Shown: positions 1 to 9,618 of the stretch, in pieces | Position numbering within the stretch: the first letter of the stretch is position 1 | How the letters are laid out: each line of letters starts with the position of its first letter | NCBI GenBank assembly: GCA_963815115.1 | Contig: CAWFFN010000008.1 | Span: 448,001 to 512,000 of the forward strand | Direction of reading: 5' to 3' | Length of the DNA: 64,000 nt | From: an uncultured delta proteobacterium | GTDB taxonomy: Bacteria > Desulfobacterota > Binatia > DP-6 | Position numbers and translations under genes: made by a program | The notes under the pieces: generated by a model | The model's database searches: none | Told to the model about the DNA's origin: nothing | The model's input: only the letters and a program-made list of their open reading frames with translations

Positions 1-76
1 TTGGTCGAGACGACGCGGTTCGTGAAGCCGCCCACGGGCGCGGGTTGTTGCACGCGGCCTGCCGAGGGGCAAGGGC

Positions 77-563
77 TCAGGGATCGGACCTGGCGCGGAA
101 CTCCCGGGGGTCACTGCGCGTGCTCATGCTGAACGTCGCCTCGAAGCACGTCGGGGTGAGGCGAGGCTGCAGCTGCACCCGCACCGGCGTGGAGAGGGGG
201 AGCCGGTCCGGATGCCCGGAGTCCTGGACTCGGATCTTCGATCGACCGGCCGCGGGCCGCCGTCCTCGTTCCCGGTGACCGTCGCATTCGAGAGGATCAG
301 CGTGCTCCCTCCACGCCGCTCCCCGCCAGCGTCAGCGTGTACGCTCCCGCCGGCACCATCACGACGTCGGCACCGTCGCCCGCCGGGCACGTATCGACGG
401 CCGTATCGGCGTTCGCGGCGACGATGGCCTCGCGCAGCGTGCAGGTCCCGTCGACGGCGACGCTGTCCGCCGCGGAATCCACCGTGATCGTCGTCCCGCT
501 GGCGGCAACCGGAACCCCGAGCGCGAGGACGGCGAGAAAGATCCGGGACGGCGCGAATCGCAT
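77..563 (-). pseudogene. Collapsed CSLREA-domain secreted protein (three fragments in three frames)
   Basis: 563..297 encodes signal peptide plus CTLREAI motif, then stops. Second frame gives STLILSNATVTGN (beta-helix-like). Third frame gives SKIRVQ..PLSTPVRVQLQ..CFEATFS..EFRARSDP with TGA at 79-77. G-rich SD precedes the ATG. Confidence 0.6.
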
Positions 564-640
564 GACGCCCCCCCTCTCCGGTCACGGACGCGCGACACCA
601 GCGTCGGGCCTCGGGGGTGGTCAAGAAGATAGACCCACGA

Positions 641-1927
641 TCACCCCGGCGGACGTGGCAGGACGAGCGTCCAGGGCGGCGGCCAGATGCGCAGCGGCCG
701 CGACGGATCGACCTCCCACGAGCGCACCTCGTCGGGCCAGCTCGGCCACGCCGGCTGCCAGCGCAGCGAGGAGCGGTAGTGCAGCACACCCTGCGCCAGC
801 CCGGCACACAGGAGCAGCGTGCACACCGCCGGCCGCAGCCGGCCGCTCCCGGGTCGTGCGCCGCCGAGCAGCAGGAGCAGCACGAGAACGCCGGACGCGT
901 AGACGTAGCGTGACGAGGCCCACACGCCGTGGAGCAGCATCGCCTTGTCGCCGACCGCCGTGAGCAGCGTGAGCGTCGTCACCACGGCGTAGCCGCCGAC
1001 GAGCGCGAGGCGCTCGTCCGTTCGCAACCCGCGAGCGATCCACCCGATCGCTGCCGCGGCGAGCGCGAGCAGCAGCACGCCCTCGAACGGCCCGGGCTCT
1101 CCCGCGCTCCGCAACAGGACCGAGAGGCGCTGGGCCACGTCGGGCCCGAGCGTCGGCACGACGAGCGTCCGCACCCAGACCGTGCCGGCGAAGATGCCGA
1201 GGTCGAGCCCCTGCGCGCGCGTCGGAAGATGCTGCCCCGATCCCGCCGCGCGCCACAGGCAGGCGATCTGCACCACGGCGCACGCGGCGAGGAGCGCCGC
1301 CTGCACGACCGCCGGCCGGGTCCGGGCGCGCCACGCGCGCCAGGCGAAGAGCGGGGCGAGGGCGCTCGCCGCCGGCGCCGACAACCCGGCGAAGACGAGC
1401 AGCGCGCTGCGCGCCCACCCTGCGCCGCCCCGATCATCCGGCGGCTCGAGGAGGAGCAGCGCCGTGGCGACCACGAGCCACGGCTGCGCGTTGATCGTGT
1501 TCAGCCAGATCTCGTCGGTGAGCGCACCGAAGAGGACGATCGCGACCCCGGCGCAGCGGCGGAGCGCTCCGCTCCAGAGCGGCGCCCGGCTGGTCGCGAT
1601 CACGGCCACCGGCAGGAGCTGCACCGCGAACGCGACCAGGACCGTGACCAGCGGCGCGCGCGCCAGCGGGAGGCTCCCGCCGCGCACGAGAGTAGCCGCC
1701 AGCGTGGTCGCGAGGTTGGCGCACAGGAGGAGGTAGCCGGCGGGACGATAGGTGAGCGCCTCGCGCAGCGGATGCGCCCACGCGACCGCGAAGTACAGCG
1801 TGCCCTCCTCGGCCCAGAAGCTGGGCGTCGAGAAGTACACCGGCGCGCGCAGCACCATCAGCAACGCCGCCCCGAGGAGGAGCGCCGGGCGCAAGGCGCC
1901 ACCGGCCGCGGGCGTGTCCCTGCTCAC
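641..1927 (-). CDS. Multi-pass membrane protein, probable GT-C-like glycosyltransferase or surface-modification protein
   Basis: 3' part of the 641..5962 ORF. GTG at 1927, about 10 hydrophobic segments, N-terminal R-x-P...P-x-FWAEEG motif. Confidence 0.6.
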   Translation of the reverse strand: MSRDTPAAGGALRPALLLGAALLMVLRAPVYFSTPSFWAEEGTLYFAVAWAHPLREALTYRPAGYLLLCANLATTLAATLVRGGSLPLARAPLVTVLVAFAVQLLPVAVIATSRAPLWSGALRRCAGVAIVLFGALTDEIWLNTINAQPWLVVATALLLLEPPDDRGGAGWARSALLVFAGLSAPAASALAPLFAWRAWRARTRPAVVQAALLAACAVVQIACLWRAAGSGQHLPTRAQGLDLGIFAGTVWVRTLVVPTLGPDVAQRLSVLLRSAGEPGPFEGVLLLALAAAAIGWIARGLRTDERLALVGGYAVVTTLTLLTAVGDKAMLLHGVWASSRYVYASGVLVLLLLLGGARPGSGRLRPAVCTLLLCAGLAQGVLHYRSSLRWQPAWPSWPDEVRSWEVDPSRPLRIWPPPWTLVLPRPPG

Positions 1928-1946
1928 GCCGCCGGTGCCGCCGCGC

Positions 1947-2357
1947 TCAGCTCGCCGGTCGCCATTGCGGCACGAGGTCGCCGTCGGGTGACGGTGCGAA
2001 GTCGACCCGCATCGCCATGTCCATCCGCAGCGTCTCGGGCCCTGCCCCGACGAGATTGCCCATCGTGCGCACGCCCTCCTCGCACTCGACCAGGACGACG
2101 ACGTACGGCGCGCGCTCCTTCCACACCGGCAACAGCGGCGGATGGCACACCACCCACGACAACAGCCTCGCCCGGCCGCTCGCCGGAGCCCACTCGGCGG
2201 CGAACGACCGGCAGCGCGGACACATCGGTCCGGGCGGATGCCGCCACGCCCCGCACTCGGCGCAGCGCTGGAAACGCAGCTCGCGACGGCGCCCGGCCTC
2301 CCAGTACGGGATCCAGTCCGCCCCGCCGGTCCGGCGCACGAACTCCTCGTCCGCCAT
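1947..2357 (-). CDS. Zn-ribbon/OB-fold protein (DUF35, ChsH2-like)
   Basis: PYWEA..LRFQRCAECG..PPGPMCPRC; PYVVVLVECEEGVR; directly downstream of a thiolase-like gene. Confidence 0.9.
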   Translation of the reverse strand: MADEEFVRRTGGADWIPYWEAGRRRELRFQRCAECGAWRHPPGPMCPRCRSFAAEWAPASGRARLLSWVVCHPPLLPVWKERAPYVVVLVECEEGVRTMGNLVGAGPETLRMDMAMRVDFAPSPDGDLVPQWRPAS

Positions 2358-2358
2358 C

Positions 2359-3522
2359 TCAGTCCCCGCGCAGCAGCAGGGCGCCCGTCGGCACCATGTT
2401 GCCGCTCGTCGCCAGCGAGAGCTGCGCCCCGGGCACCTGGTTGCACGACGTGCCGCGGATCTGTCGCACCGCCTCGATGATCAGGTTGATCCCGTGCACG
2501 TACGCCTCGGACAGGCTGCCGCCGCTGGTGTTGCAGGGCAGCCTGCCGCCCACCTCGAGACCGCCGTCCTCGACGAACGCGCCGGCCTCGCCCGGCTTGC
2601 AGAAGCCGTACTCCTCGAGCGAGGCGAGCACCAGCGGGGTGAAGGCGTCGTAGAGCTGCGCGACCTGCACGTCCCCGGGTCCCACGCCCGCCATGCGCCA
2701 GAGGTCGCGCGCCGCGTGTGCTCCCGGCGACTCGAGGAACGGATCCTTGAAGAAGTTGTTCATCGTGAAGTTGCGCGGTCCCATGCCCTGCGCCGCGGCG
2801 CGGATGTAGGCCGGCTTCTGACGGCAGTCGCGGGCCATCGCGGCGTCGGCCACGATCACGGCGGCGGCGCCATCCGTTTCCAGGCAGTTGTCGAACAGGC
2901 GGAGCGGGTCGGAGATCATGCGCGAGCGCGCGTGATCCTCGAGCGTCATCGGCTCGCGCATCATCGCCATCGGGTTGTTGACCGCGTGCTTGCGGGTGCT
3001 GACCGCGATCCAGCCGAGGTGCCGCGTGGTGTAGCCACGCTCGTGGAGGAAGCGGCGCGCGAACATGGCCACCTGATCCACCGGCCGCACGAAGCCGTAG
3101 GGCGCGAAGAAGGCGGTCTCGTTGCCCTCGGCCTGCGCGTGATCGCGCTCGCGCGACGTCCCGGCCCACGGGCGGCCGCCGGACCCGCGGTTGCGCGAGC
3201 GGTAGACGAGGACGCAGCGTGCCATGCCGGCGGCTATGGCGGCCGCCGCGTGTCCGACCACGCCGCAGCCCCCGCCTCCGCCGTAGCCGACCTCGCCGAA
3301 CCAGCGCAGGTTCGGCACGCCGAGGTTGCGGGCGATGGCGTTCTCGGACGTGACCTGGATGCTCCACTTGCTCATGCCGTCGACGTCCGACGGCTCGAGT
3401 CCGGCGTCCGCGAGGGCGAGCGTGGCCGCTTCCAGCGCCGTCACTTCCTCCGAGCGCCCGATGTTCTTGGAGAACGGGAGCTGCCCGATCCCGACGATCG
3501 CCGCCTGGTCCCGGAGCGACAC
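2359..3522 (-). CDS. Lipid-transfer protein / SCP-x thiolase-like (Ltp2-type aldolase family)
   Basis: AAIVGIGQ, LFDNCLETDGAAA, QLYDAFT, NTSGGSLSEAYVHG; GTG start at 3522. Confidence 0.9.
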   Translation of the reverse strand: MSLRDQAAIVGIGQLPFSKNIGRSEEVTALEAATLALADAGLEPSDVDGMSKWSIQVTSENAIARNLGVPNLRWFGEVGYGGGGGCGVVGHAAAAIAAGMARCVLVYRSRNRGSGGRPWAGTSRERDHAQAEGNETAFFAPYGFVRPVDQVAMFARRFLHERGYTTRHLGWIAVSTRKHAVNNPMAMMREPMTLEDHARSRMISDPLRLFDNCLETDGAAAVIVADAAMARDCRQKPAYIRAAAQGMGPRNFTMNNFFKDPFLESPGAHAARDLWRMAGVGPGDVQVAQLYDAFTPLVLASLEEYGFCKPGEAGAFVEDGGLEVGGRLPCNTSGGSLSEAYVHGINLIIEAVRQIRGTSCNQVPGAQLSLATSGNMVPTGALLLRGD

Positions 3523-3646
3523 GACGCGTGTGTAGCAGGCGTGGCGATGTCCCGCCAAGACGCGATTCGTCTTGACGCGCGGCGCGAGGGAACGATACAG
3601 CACGCGAGCGTCTCCGCGTCTCGACCACCAGGGGGGGAACCACGTC

Positions 3647-5953
3647 ATGAGGATCCGCACGCTCGTCGCTCTCGTCGCGCTCGTCTCGAGCGCCGCCGGA
3701 TCGGCTTTCGCCAGCAGCTGCCCGGTGCTGACCGCGAGTCAGCTCGCGTGCCAGAAGGGCGTCGCCAAGGCCGGTGCCAAGTACTCCAAGACCGCGCTGA
3801 AGACGATCGAGAAGTGCCTGCAAGCGATCCAGTCCGGGAAGCTCACCGGCAACCCGGCTACCGTCTGCCTGGGGACCTCGCCGAGCGACGCCAGCACCGC
3901 CACCAAGATGACCAAGGCGGCCCAGAAGGTCGGCGAGGCGGTACCGAAGGCGTGCAACGACACCGATGCCGCCGCGTTCCAGGACGCCAACCTCGGCACC
4001 GGCGCGGCCTGCGCGCCGACCGCCGCGGGACTCGCCACGTGCCTCGTCTCCAACATGCTGGGACACGTCACGAGCGCCGCGGGGGCCGCCTACGGCACCG
4101 TCGTCGCGTCGGCCGACAAGGGCGTCCAGAAGTGCCAGAAGATCCTCGGCAAGGAGTCGGCGAAGTTCGTCAAGACGAAGCTGAAGGCGGTCCAGCGGTG
4201 CCTCGACACGCGCAACGAGGCGTGCGGCTCGGCGAGTCCGGTGGTGCGCTGTCTGGCGCCGCAGGCCGGCGGCCCGGCCGCGGAGACCGCGCTTCTCTCG
4301 ACCGTCGCCACCGCCGAGACCAAGCTGCGCGCCAAGATCGCGAAGGCCTGCACCGACACCCAGGTCGCCGCCCTCGACGCCTGCGGCAACGACGTCGCCG
4401 GCGTGAGCAACTGCCTGGTGTGCGCGCACGGCAACGCCGCCGACTTGCTCGCGGCCGATCAGAACGGCTCCGTGCACGCGGTCACTCCGGCCAGCACGGC
4501 GGCGGCGGCGGCGAACGCGGCCAACGCCGAGGACACGATCCTCCTCGAGCCCGGCAGCTACGTCGAGGAGGTCACGCTCAAGGATTCCGGCCTCACCGTG
4601 AAGGGCGTGAAGGACTGCGTGAGCGGCGCGCGTGCCGTCTTCACGCCGCCGAACGCGAGCTCGCTCTACGGCGTCCAGCACTGCGGCTCGCTCGTGCCGA
4701 GCTGCACCGACATCTCCGACAACGTGCTGCTGCAGGGATTCGAGGTGAACGACTATCTCGAGAACGACATCTACAACGTCGGCGTCGACGGCATCACCTA
4801 TCGCGACATGGTGACGCGCGGGCCGGGCGTGAACGGCCGGGCGCGCTACGGCGTGTTCCCGGTCGGCAGCCACGACGTCCTGGTCGAGGACTGCCTCGTC
4901 ACCGGCATCAGCGACGCCGGCATCTACGTCGGCCAGTCCGACGGCATCATCGTGCGCAACAACGAGGTGCACGACAGCGTGGCCGGCATCGAGATCGAGA
5001 ACTCCGCCAACGCCGAGGTCTACGGCAACTACGCGCACGACAACGCGGGCGGCATCCTGGTCTTCAAGCTGCCGTTCTACCTGAACCAGACCTCCAACTG
5101 CCACGACATCCACGACAACCGCGCGCTCAACAACAACGGCCCGAACTACGGCTCCGGCACCGTCGGCCTCGTGCCTCCCGGCACCGGCATGCTGATCCTG
5201 TCGAACGACAGCGGCATCTTCCAGAACAACACCGTCACCGGGAACAAGACGATCGGCGTCTCCGTCGTCGACCAGCAGATCCTGAACCTGCTCTTCGATC
5301 CGGATCCGTTCGACACGCTGAGCGCGAACCAGGACGTCAACGACAACGCCTTCGTCGGCAACACGATCACCGGCAACGGCTTCGATCCGGATTCGGCGGT
5401 GGCTGCGTTCGCTGCCGACGTCGTCTTCGCCCCGCTGGCGGCGAGCGGCAACTGCCAGAACGGGAACACCTACAACACGGACGTCGGCAACGCCTTCACG
5501 AACCTGCCGGCGTGCCCGGGCGCGGTATCGCCCCGGCCCGGCTGCCCCTTCGTGGCCACGACCACCACCACGACCACCACCTCGGCGTCGTCGACCACGA
5601 CCTCGACCACGCTGCCGTGGACCTTCGCGGCGCAGGTCCAGCCGCTCCTCGCCACCAACTGCGCCGGCTGCCACGGCGGTCCCGCCACCGCGCAGTACGC
5701 CGGCCTGAAGGATCTCGACGACCCGGCGCTCGCGTACGCCCACATCGTGAACGTGGTCAGCACCGAGCTCCCGACCATGGACCGGATCGAGCCGGGCAAT
5801 CACGCGCTCAGCTACCTGTGGAACAAGATCAACGGGACGCAGCTCGACGTCGGGGGCGCCGGCGTCCGGATGCCGCAGTTCGGGCCGTACCTCAGCCAGA
5901 GTGACATCGACGGCATCGCCGGCTGGATCGATGCCGGTGCCTTGAACAACTGA
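3647..5953 (+). CDS. Secreted protein: Cys/Lys-rich helical repeats + parallel beta-helix domain + Thr linker + C-terminal monoheme cytochrome c
   Basis: Signal peptide; [39 protein letters not shown] motifs of the TIGR03805-type beta-helix family; CAGCH at 5660-5674 with distal RMP and WIDAGA. Confidence 0.85.
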   Translation: MRIRTLVALVALVSSAAGSAFASSCPVLTASQLACQKGVAKAGAKYSKTALKTIEKCLQAIQSGKLTGNPATVCLGTSPSDASTATKMTKAAQKVGEAVPKACNDTDAAAFQDANLGTGAACAPTAAGLATCLVSNMLGHVTSAAGAAYGTVVASADKGVQKCQKILGKESAKFVKTKLKAVQRCLDTRNEACGSASPVVRCLAPQAGGPAAETALLSTVATAETKLRAKIAKACTDTQVAALDACGNDVAGVSNCLVCAHGNAADLLAADQNGSVHAVTPASTAAAAANAANAEDTILLEPGSYVEEVTLKDSGLTVKGVKDCVSGARAVFTPPNASSLYGVQHCGSLVPSCTDISDNVLLQGFEVNDYLENDIYNVGVDGITYRDMVTRGPGVNGRARYGVFPVGSHDVLVEDCLVTGISDAGIYVGQSDGIIVRNNEVHDSVAGIEIENSANAEVYGNYAHDNAGGILVFKLPFYLNQTSNCHDIHDNRALNNNGPNYGSGTVGLVPPGTGMLILSNDSGIFQNNTVTGNKTIGVSVVDQQILNLLFDPDPFDTLSANQDVNDNAFVGNTITGNGFDPDSAVAAFAADVVFAPLAASGNCQNGNTYNTDVGNAFTNLPACPGAVSPRPGCPFVATTTTTTTTSASSTTTSTTLPWTFAAQVQPLLATNCAGCHGGPATAQYAGLKDLDDPALAYAHIVNVVSTELPTMDRIEPGNHALSYLWNKINGTQLDVGGAGVRMPQFGPYLSQSDIDGIAGWIDAGALNN
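5558..5611 (+). repeat. ACN codon repeat encoding a Thr/Ser linker
   Basis: [18 protein letters not shown] between the beta-helix and heme domains. Confidence 0.85.
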
Positions 5954-5961
5954 AGTCGCCA

Positions 5962-5997
5962 CGGGCGGCGTCCCGGCGAGCGCCGGGACGCCGCCCG
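5962..5997. terminator. Perfect 17-bp inverted repeat (hairpin) between the two cytochrome genes
   Basis: CGGGCGGCGTCCCGGCG-AG-CGCCGGGACGCCGCCCG. No U-tract, so terminator function is uncertain. Confidence 0.5.
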
Positions 5998-6005
5998 CCC
6001 TTCAC

Positions 6006-8366
6006 ATGCGTACCAGCCTCCTCCTGATCGCGGCACTCCTCGGGTTCCCGTTCACGAGCCTCGCGGGCCCCTTCACCGCCAAGGGCACGCAACCCGGCCT
6101 CACCCACCCGATCCTTCCGGGCGGCGTCTGCCAGGGCTGCCATGGCGACTACGACGCTTCCCACGACGTCGAGCCGGGGCCGACGTGGTCGGGCTCCATG
6201 ATGGCGCAGGCGTCGCGCGATCCACTCTTCTGGGCGGCGCTCGACGTCGCCAACCACGACCTGCCGGACATCGGCGAGTGGTGCATGCGATGCCACGTAT
6301 CGGAGGGCTGGCTCGCGGGACGCTCCGAGCCGCCGGGCGGCAGCACGGACGGCTGCGGCCTGGTCGGGAAGCTCGACGAGCCCAACAACGATTTCGACGG
6401 CGTCAGCTGCCACCTCTGCCATCGCATGGAGGTGAACGGGTCGCCGCCGCCCGGGCAGACGTCGCTCTATCTCGACAACGCGCAGTACTGGCTCGACGAC
6501 GGCGACTGCGGCGGTCAGGGCGAGCCCTGCCGTCACGGCCCGTACGACTACTCGATCGCCGGCGCCCAGCCCGCGCCACATCCCTGGGCGTTCTCGCCCT
6601 ATGTCCAGGCCTCCGAGCTGTGCGCCACCTGCCACAACGTCACCAATCCGGCGAAGAACCTGATCCTCGACGGTGCCGATGCCGGGATCCGCTTCCCGAT
6701 CGAGCGCACCTACCGGGAGTGGCAGCTGAGTGACTTCGGCTTCCCGGTCTCCGTGCCGGGCCCCGACTTCACGACCTGCCAGGGCTGCCACATGCCGGAG
6801 TCCGGCATCTCGCCGGCGTATGCCTCGTCGTTCCTGCTGAACGACCACACCGGCGATCTGCCGGTGCACCGCTTCGTCGGCGGCAACGCCTGGATCCCGG
6901 ACGTGCTCCGGCAGGCGTACCCCAACCTCGGGCTGGGGCCGAACCTGCAGACGACGCGCGACTGGGCGCTCGACCTGCTGCAGCACCACGCCGCGACGGT
7001 CACCGTCTCCGCGCCCGCGGCGGTGCGGCCGGGCAGCTCCCTCGCCGCGTCGGTCACGGTGACGAACCTCACCGGCCACAAGCTGCCCACCGGCTACCCC
7101 GAGGGACGGCGCATGTGGCTGCAGGTGGAGGCGCGCGACGGCGCCGGGACGCTGGTATGGGCGAGCGGCGCCTACGATCCGGCCACGGGCGTGCTCACCC
7201 GTGACGCGCAGGCGAAGGTCTACGAGTCGAAGCAGGGCGTGTGGAACCCCGCCACCTCGTCGTGCGAGACCGAGAATGCGGGGATCGACCACTTCCACTT
7301 CGTGCTGAACGACTGCGTCGCGCTCGACAACCGCATCCCGCCGAAGGGGTTCACCGGCGGCGGCGATCTGCAGACCCACCCGGTCGGCTACGTCTATCCC
7401 GAGACGTCTCCCGGCTCGGGCGTGCTGGTGAACCAGGACGTCACGTCCTACAGCATCCCGGTGCCGCCGACGGCGGTGACGCCGATCACCGTGACCGCCA
7501 CCCTTCGCTACCAGACCACCAGCAAGGAGTACGTCGACTTCCTGGTCGACGAGGCCGACACGCACGGCTTCCCGAACGACTGCCTGCAGCGCACCACGGG
7601 CCTGCCGGGCAAGAGCCGGGCGCGCGTCCTGCTCGATCTGTGGAACGCCTACGATCGCTCGCCGCCGGTCGACATGGGAAGCGTCTCGGCGACGGCGGCG
7701 GTCGCGGCCGTCGATCCCTACCTGTGCTACAAGGCAAAGCCGACCAAGGGCAGCACGCCGTTCGCGCCCGTCCCCGCAATCGCCCTGGACGACGATCTGG
7801 GCGGCGGCTCCTTCGATGCCAAGAAGCCGGCTCTGTTGTGCGCCGCCGCGACGGCGGCCCTCGACCCGTCTGCACGCCTGGTCGCCTATCAGGTGAAGAC
7901 GACCTCCGGCACGCCGAAGCCGGCGCCGCGCACGGCGATCACCGTGCAGGACGCGATCGGGACTCTCACCCTCGACGCGGTGAAGCCGGAGCTCCTCGCG
8001 CTGCCTGCGGCGAGCGGCGGTCCCGCGCCCGCGGCGGACGATCTCACCTGCTGGAAGGTCAAGACGTCGAAGGGCTCCTCTCCCTTCCCGCACGACGTGC
8101 AGGTGACGACGGGCTCCGCCTTCACGTCGCCGTCGAAGACGTTCGCGCTCAAGAAGCCACGCAGGCTCTGCGTCGCGACGGACCGCGACGGCAACGGGCG
8201 CTCGACGCCGCACCCGAACCTCCTCTGCTACCAGGCGAAGCCGGCGAAGGGTCAGCCCAAGCACGTGCCCGCCCAGGCTCTGGGCCTGGCCGACGACTTC
8301 GGCTCGCACGTGCTCGACGCCGCCGCGGACGACGAGCTCTGCCTTCCGGCGACGATCGCGCCCTAG
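6006..8366 (+). CDS. Secreted pentaheme c-type cytochrome (c554/c552-like core) with a four-repeat C-terminal domain
   Basis: Signal peptide; CxxCH at 6129, 6282, 6408, 6621, 6777; WSGSMMAQASRDPLF, ERTYREW, TGHKLPTGYPEGRRMWL, DNRIPPKGF. Confidence 0.9.
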   Translation: MRTSLLLIAALLGFPFTSLAGPFTAKGTQPGLTHPILPGGVCQGCHGDYDASHDVEPGPTWSGSMMAQASRDPLFWAALDVANHDLPDIGEWCMRCHVSEGWLAGRSEPPGGSTDGCGLVGKLDEPNNDFDGVSCHLCHRMEVNGSPPPGQTSLYLDNAQYWLDDGDCGGQGEPCRHGPYDYSIAGAQPAPHPWAFSPYVQASELCATCHNVTNPAKNLILDGADAGIRFPIERTYREWQLSDFGFPVSVPGPDFTTCQGCHMPESGISPAYASSFLLNDHTGDLPVHRFVGGNAWIPDVLRQAYPNLGLGPNLQTTRDWALDLLQHHAATVTVSAPAAVRPGSSLAASVTVTNLTGHKLPTGYPEGRRMWLQVEARDGAGTLVWASGAYDPATGVLTRDAQAKVYESKQGVWNPATSSCETENAGIDHFHFVLNDCVALDNRIPPKGFTGGGDLQTHPVGYVYPETSPGSGVLVNQDVTSYSIPVPPTAVTPITVTATLRYQTTSKEYVDFLVDEADTHGFPNDCLQRTTGLPGKSRARVLLDLWNAYDRSPPVDMGSVSATAAVAAVDPYLCYKAKPTKGSTPFAPVPAIALDDDLGGGSFDAKKPALLCAAATAALDPSARLVAYQVKTTSGTPKPAPRTAITVQDAIGTLTLDAVKPELLALPAASGGPAPAADDLTCWKVKTSKGSSPFPHDVQVTTGSAFTSPSKTFALKKPRRLCVATDRDGNGRSTPHPNLLCYQAKPAKGQPKHVPAQALGLADDFGSHVLDAAADDELCLPATIAP

Positions 8367-9130
8367 CGAGTGGGCGGAAAGCCGTCGCCGTCGAGATCGC
8401 GAATCGGACACCCCGGTTCGCAGAAGTCGCGCTGCAGCCTGAGCTGGACCCCCGAGTCCAGGCGCTTCACCCAGACGATGACGGTGTAGGCGGTGCGCGA
8501 CTCGAAGCGCGCCGGCCTTGCCGTCAGCCCGGGGAGCGGTTCCCCGCTGCAGTCCGGATCGCCGGGGGGAAAGACCGCCAGGGTGTAGGTACCGGGAGGA
8601 ACAGTCACCACGGTGTCCTCCGGGTAGGAGAGCGGACCGGTGAGACACCCGACACCGAGGGCACCGATCCTGACGCCGTCGGCGCTCGCCGACGGCACAC
8701 CGTTGACGACGCGAAGGTTGGCCGCGTCCCGCTTTAGCCTCCGTGGCGTCTCGTCGAGCACCTCGACCGTACAGGTCTCGTCCATCGCGGACGTCTGACG
8801 GATCCAGGCCGTCAGACGCCTTCTGCGGGCCTTCGGGCCGTACCGCCAGACCTCGGGGTACTTGTGGGTGATCGGGTTCAGCGGCCAGCTCGCAGCGACA
8901 CCTCGCCGTGCCGGGTCGCCGCAGAGCGAGGCGAGGAACTCCGTGGTGAACCGGTACTGGTTATACCAGGGGTTGATGTCGGCGCTCTCGGAGAGCTCCG
9001 CGCTACCGAGGTAGCTGTCGATCACTCGAACGCGGTAGCGAGCGAGTGGGTCGGAGCTCTGCGCGTTCACCACCGCAGCGGCAAGGAGCAGCGCTGCGGC
9101 CACGAGCACGTCGGTCGGTCTGGTCCGCAT
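8363..9130 (-). CDS. Secreted protein with DUF4397-like C-terminal domain
   Basis: Signal peptide; ANLRVVNGVP..LSY..VPPGTYTLAV..AYTVIV; AGGGGG SD. Confidence 0.6.
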   Translation of the reverse strand: MRTRPTDVLVAAALLLAAAVVNAQSSDPLARYRVRVIDSYLGSAELSESADINPWYNQYRFTTEFLASLCGDPARRGVAASWPLNPITHKYPEVWRYGPKARRRRLTAWIRQTSAMDETCTVEVLDETPRRLKRDAANLRVVNGVPSASADGVRIGALGVGCLTGPLSYPEDTVVTVPPGTYTLAVFPPGDPDCSGEPLPGLTARPARFESRTAYTVIVWVKRLDSGVQLRLQRDFCEPGCPIRDLDGDGFPPTR

Positions 9131-9170
9131 TGCATCCCCCTGTTGGTCTACGGGACGAACCGGATGCAGG

Positions 9171-9186
9171 TGCAAGTTCCCTGCCG
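9171..9186 (-). promoter_or_regulatory. Putative sigma-54 (-24/-12) promoter
   Basis: Minus strand CGGCAGGGAACTTGCA = GG-N10-GC with TTGCA, about 40 nt upstream of ATG 9130. Confidence 0.45.
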
Positions 9187-9618
9187 TGATCGCGCCGACG
9201 TGCGAACGGCGACCCGTCACCCAAAAGACCGCACGCTCGCTGCTAGCGACGTGACCGCAAGGCGCTTGCTACCATGAGGCGTCACAGCTCCGACCTTCGG
9301 ACCGCGCCCGCCGGCTCGTCGCCCGCGGGGATCGAGACCGTGATCCCAGCGCTGCGTTGCCCGCCGGTGCCGAACGGGGCACGGCGGATGGAGGGCAGGC
9401 GCGGCTCGCGTTCGCCGAGTACTCGAGCGCCGACAGCGCCCGAATTCCGGCCACCACGGGTTTGACAGTCCTTGGACAACGCCGCGGCGCGGCGTGCCGG
9501 ACGGCGGGTTTTCGGCCGTTCCGTGGGTCGATTTGGTTGACCCCCATCATGCGAAGCGCGTAAGCCTCTCTGGTCGAACGCCCGTTTGCCGGGCCATCAC
9601 ACAGGGGGAACCCTCGCC

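Noticed and set aside
4411-4430. CLVCAH as a heme-binding motif
   Set aside because: It is CxxCxH within a disulfide-rich module, not canonical CxxCH.
2017-5904. 1295-aa plus-strand ORF and other long Arg/Gly/Ala-rich ORFs (5892-8648, 9547-12348, 38721-42065, 58777-61923)
   Set aside because: Shadow frames of well-supported genes, with no motifs.
641-5962. 1773-aa minus-strand ORF
   Set aside because: Only 641-1927 is protein-like. The rest is antisense or off-frame shadow of real genes, typical of stop-poor high-GC DNA.
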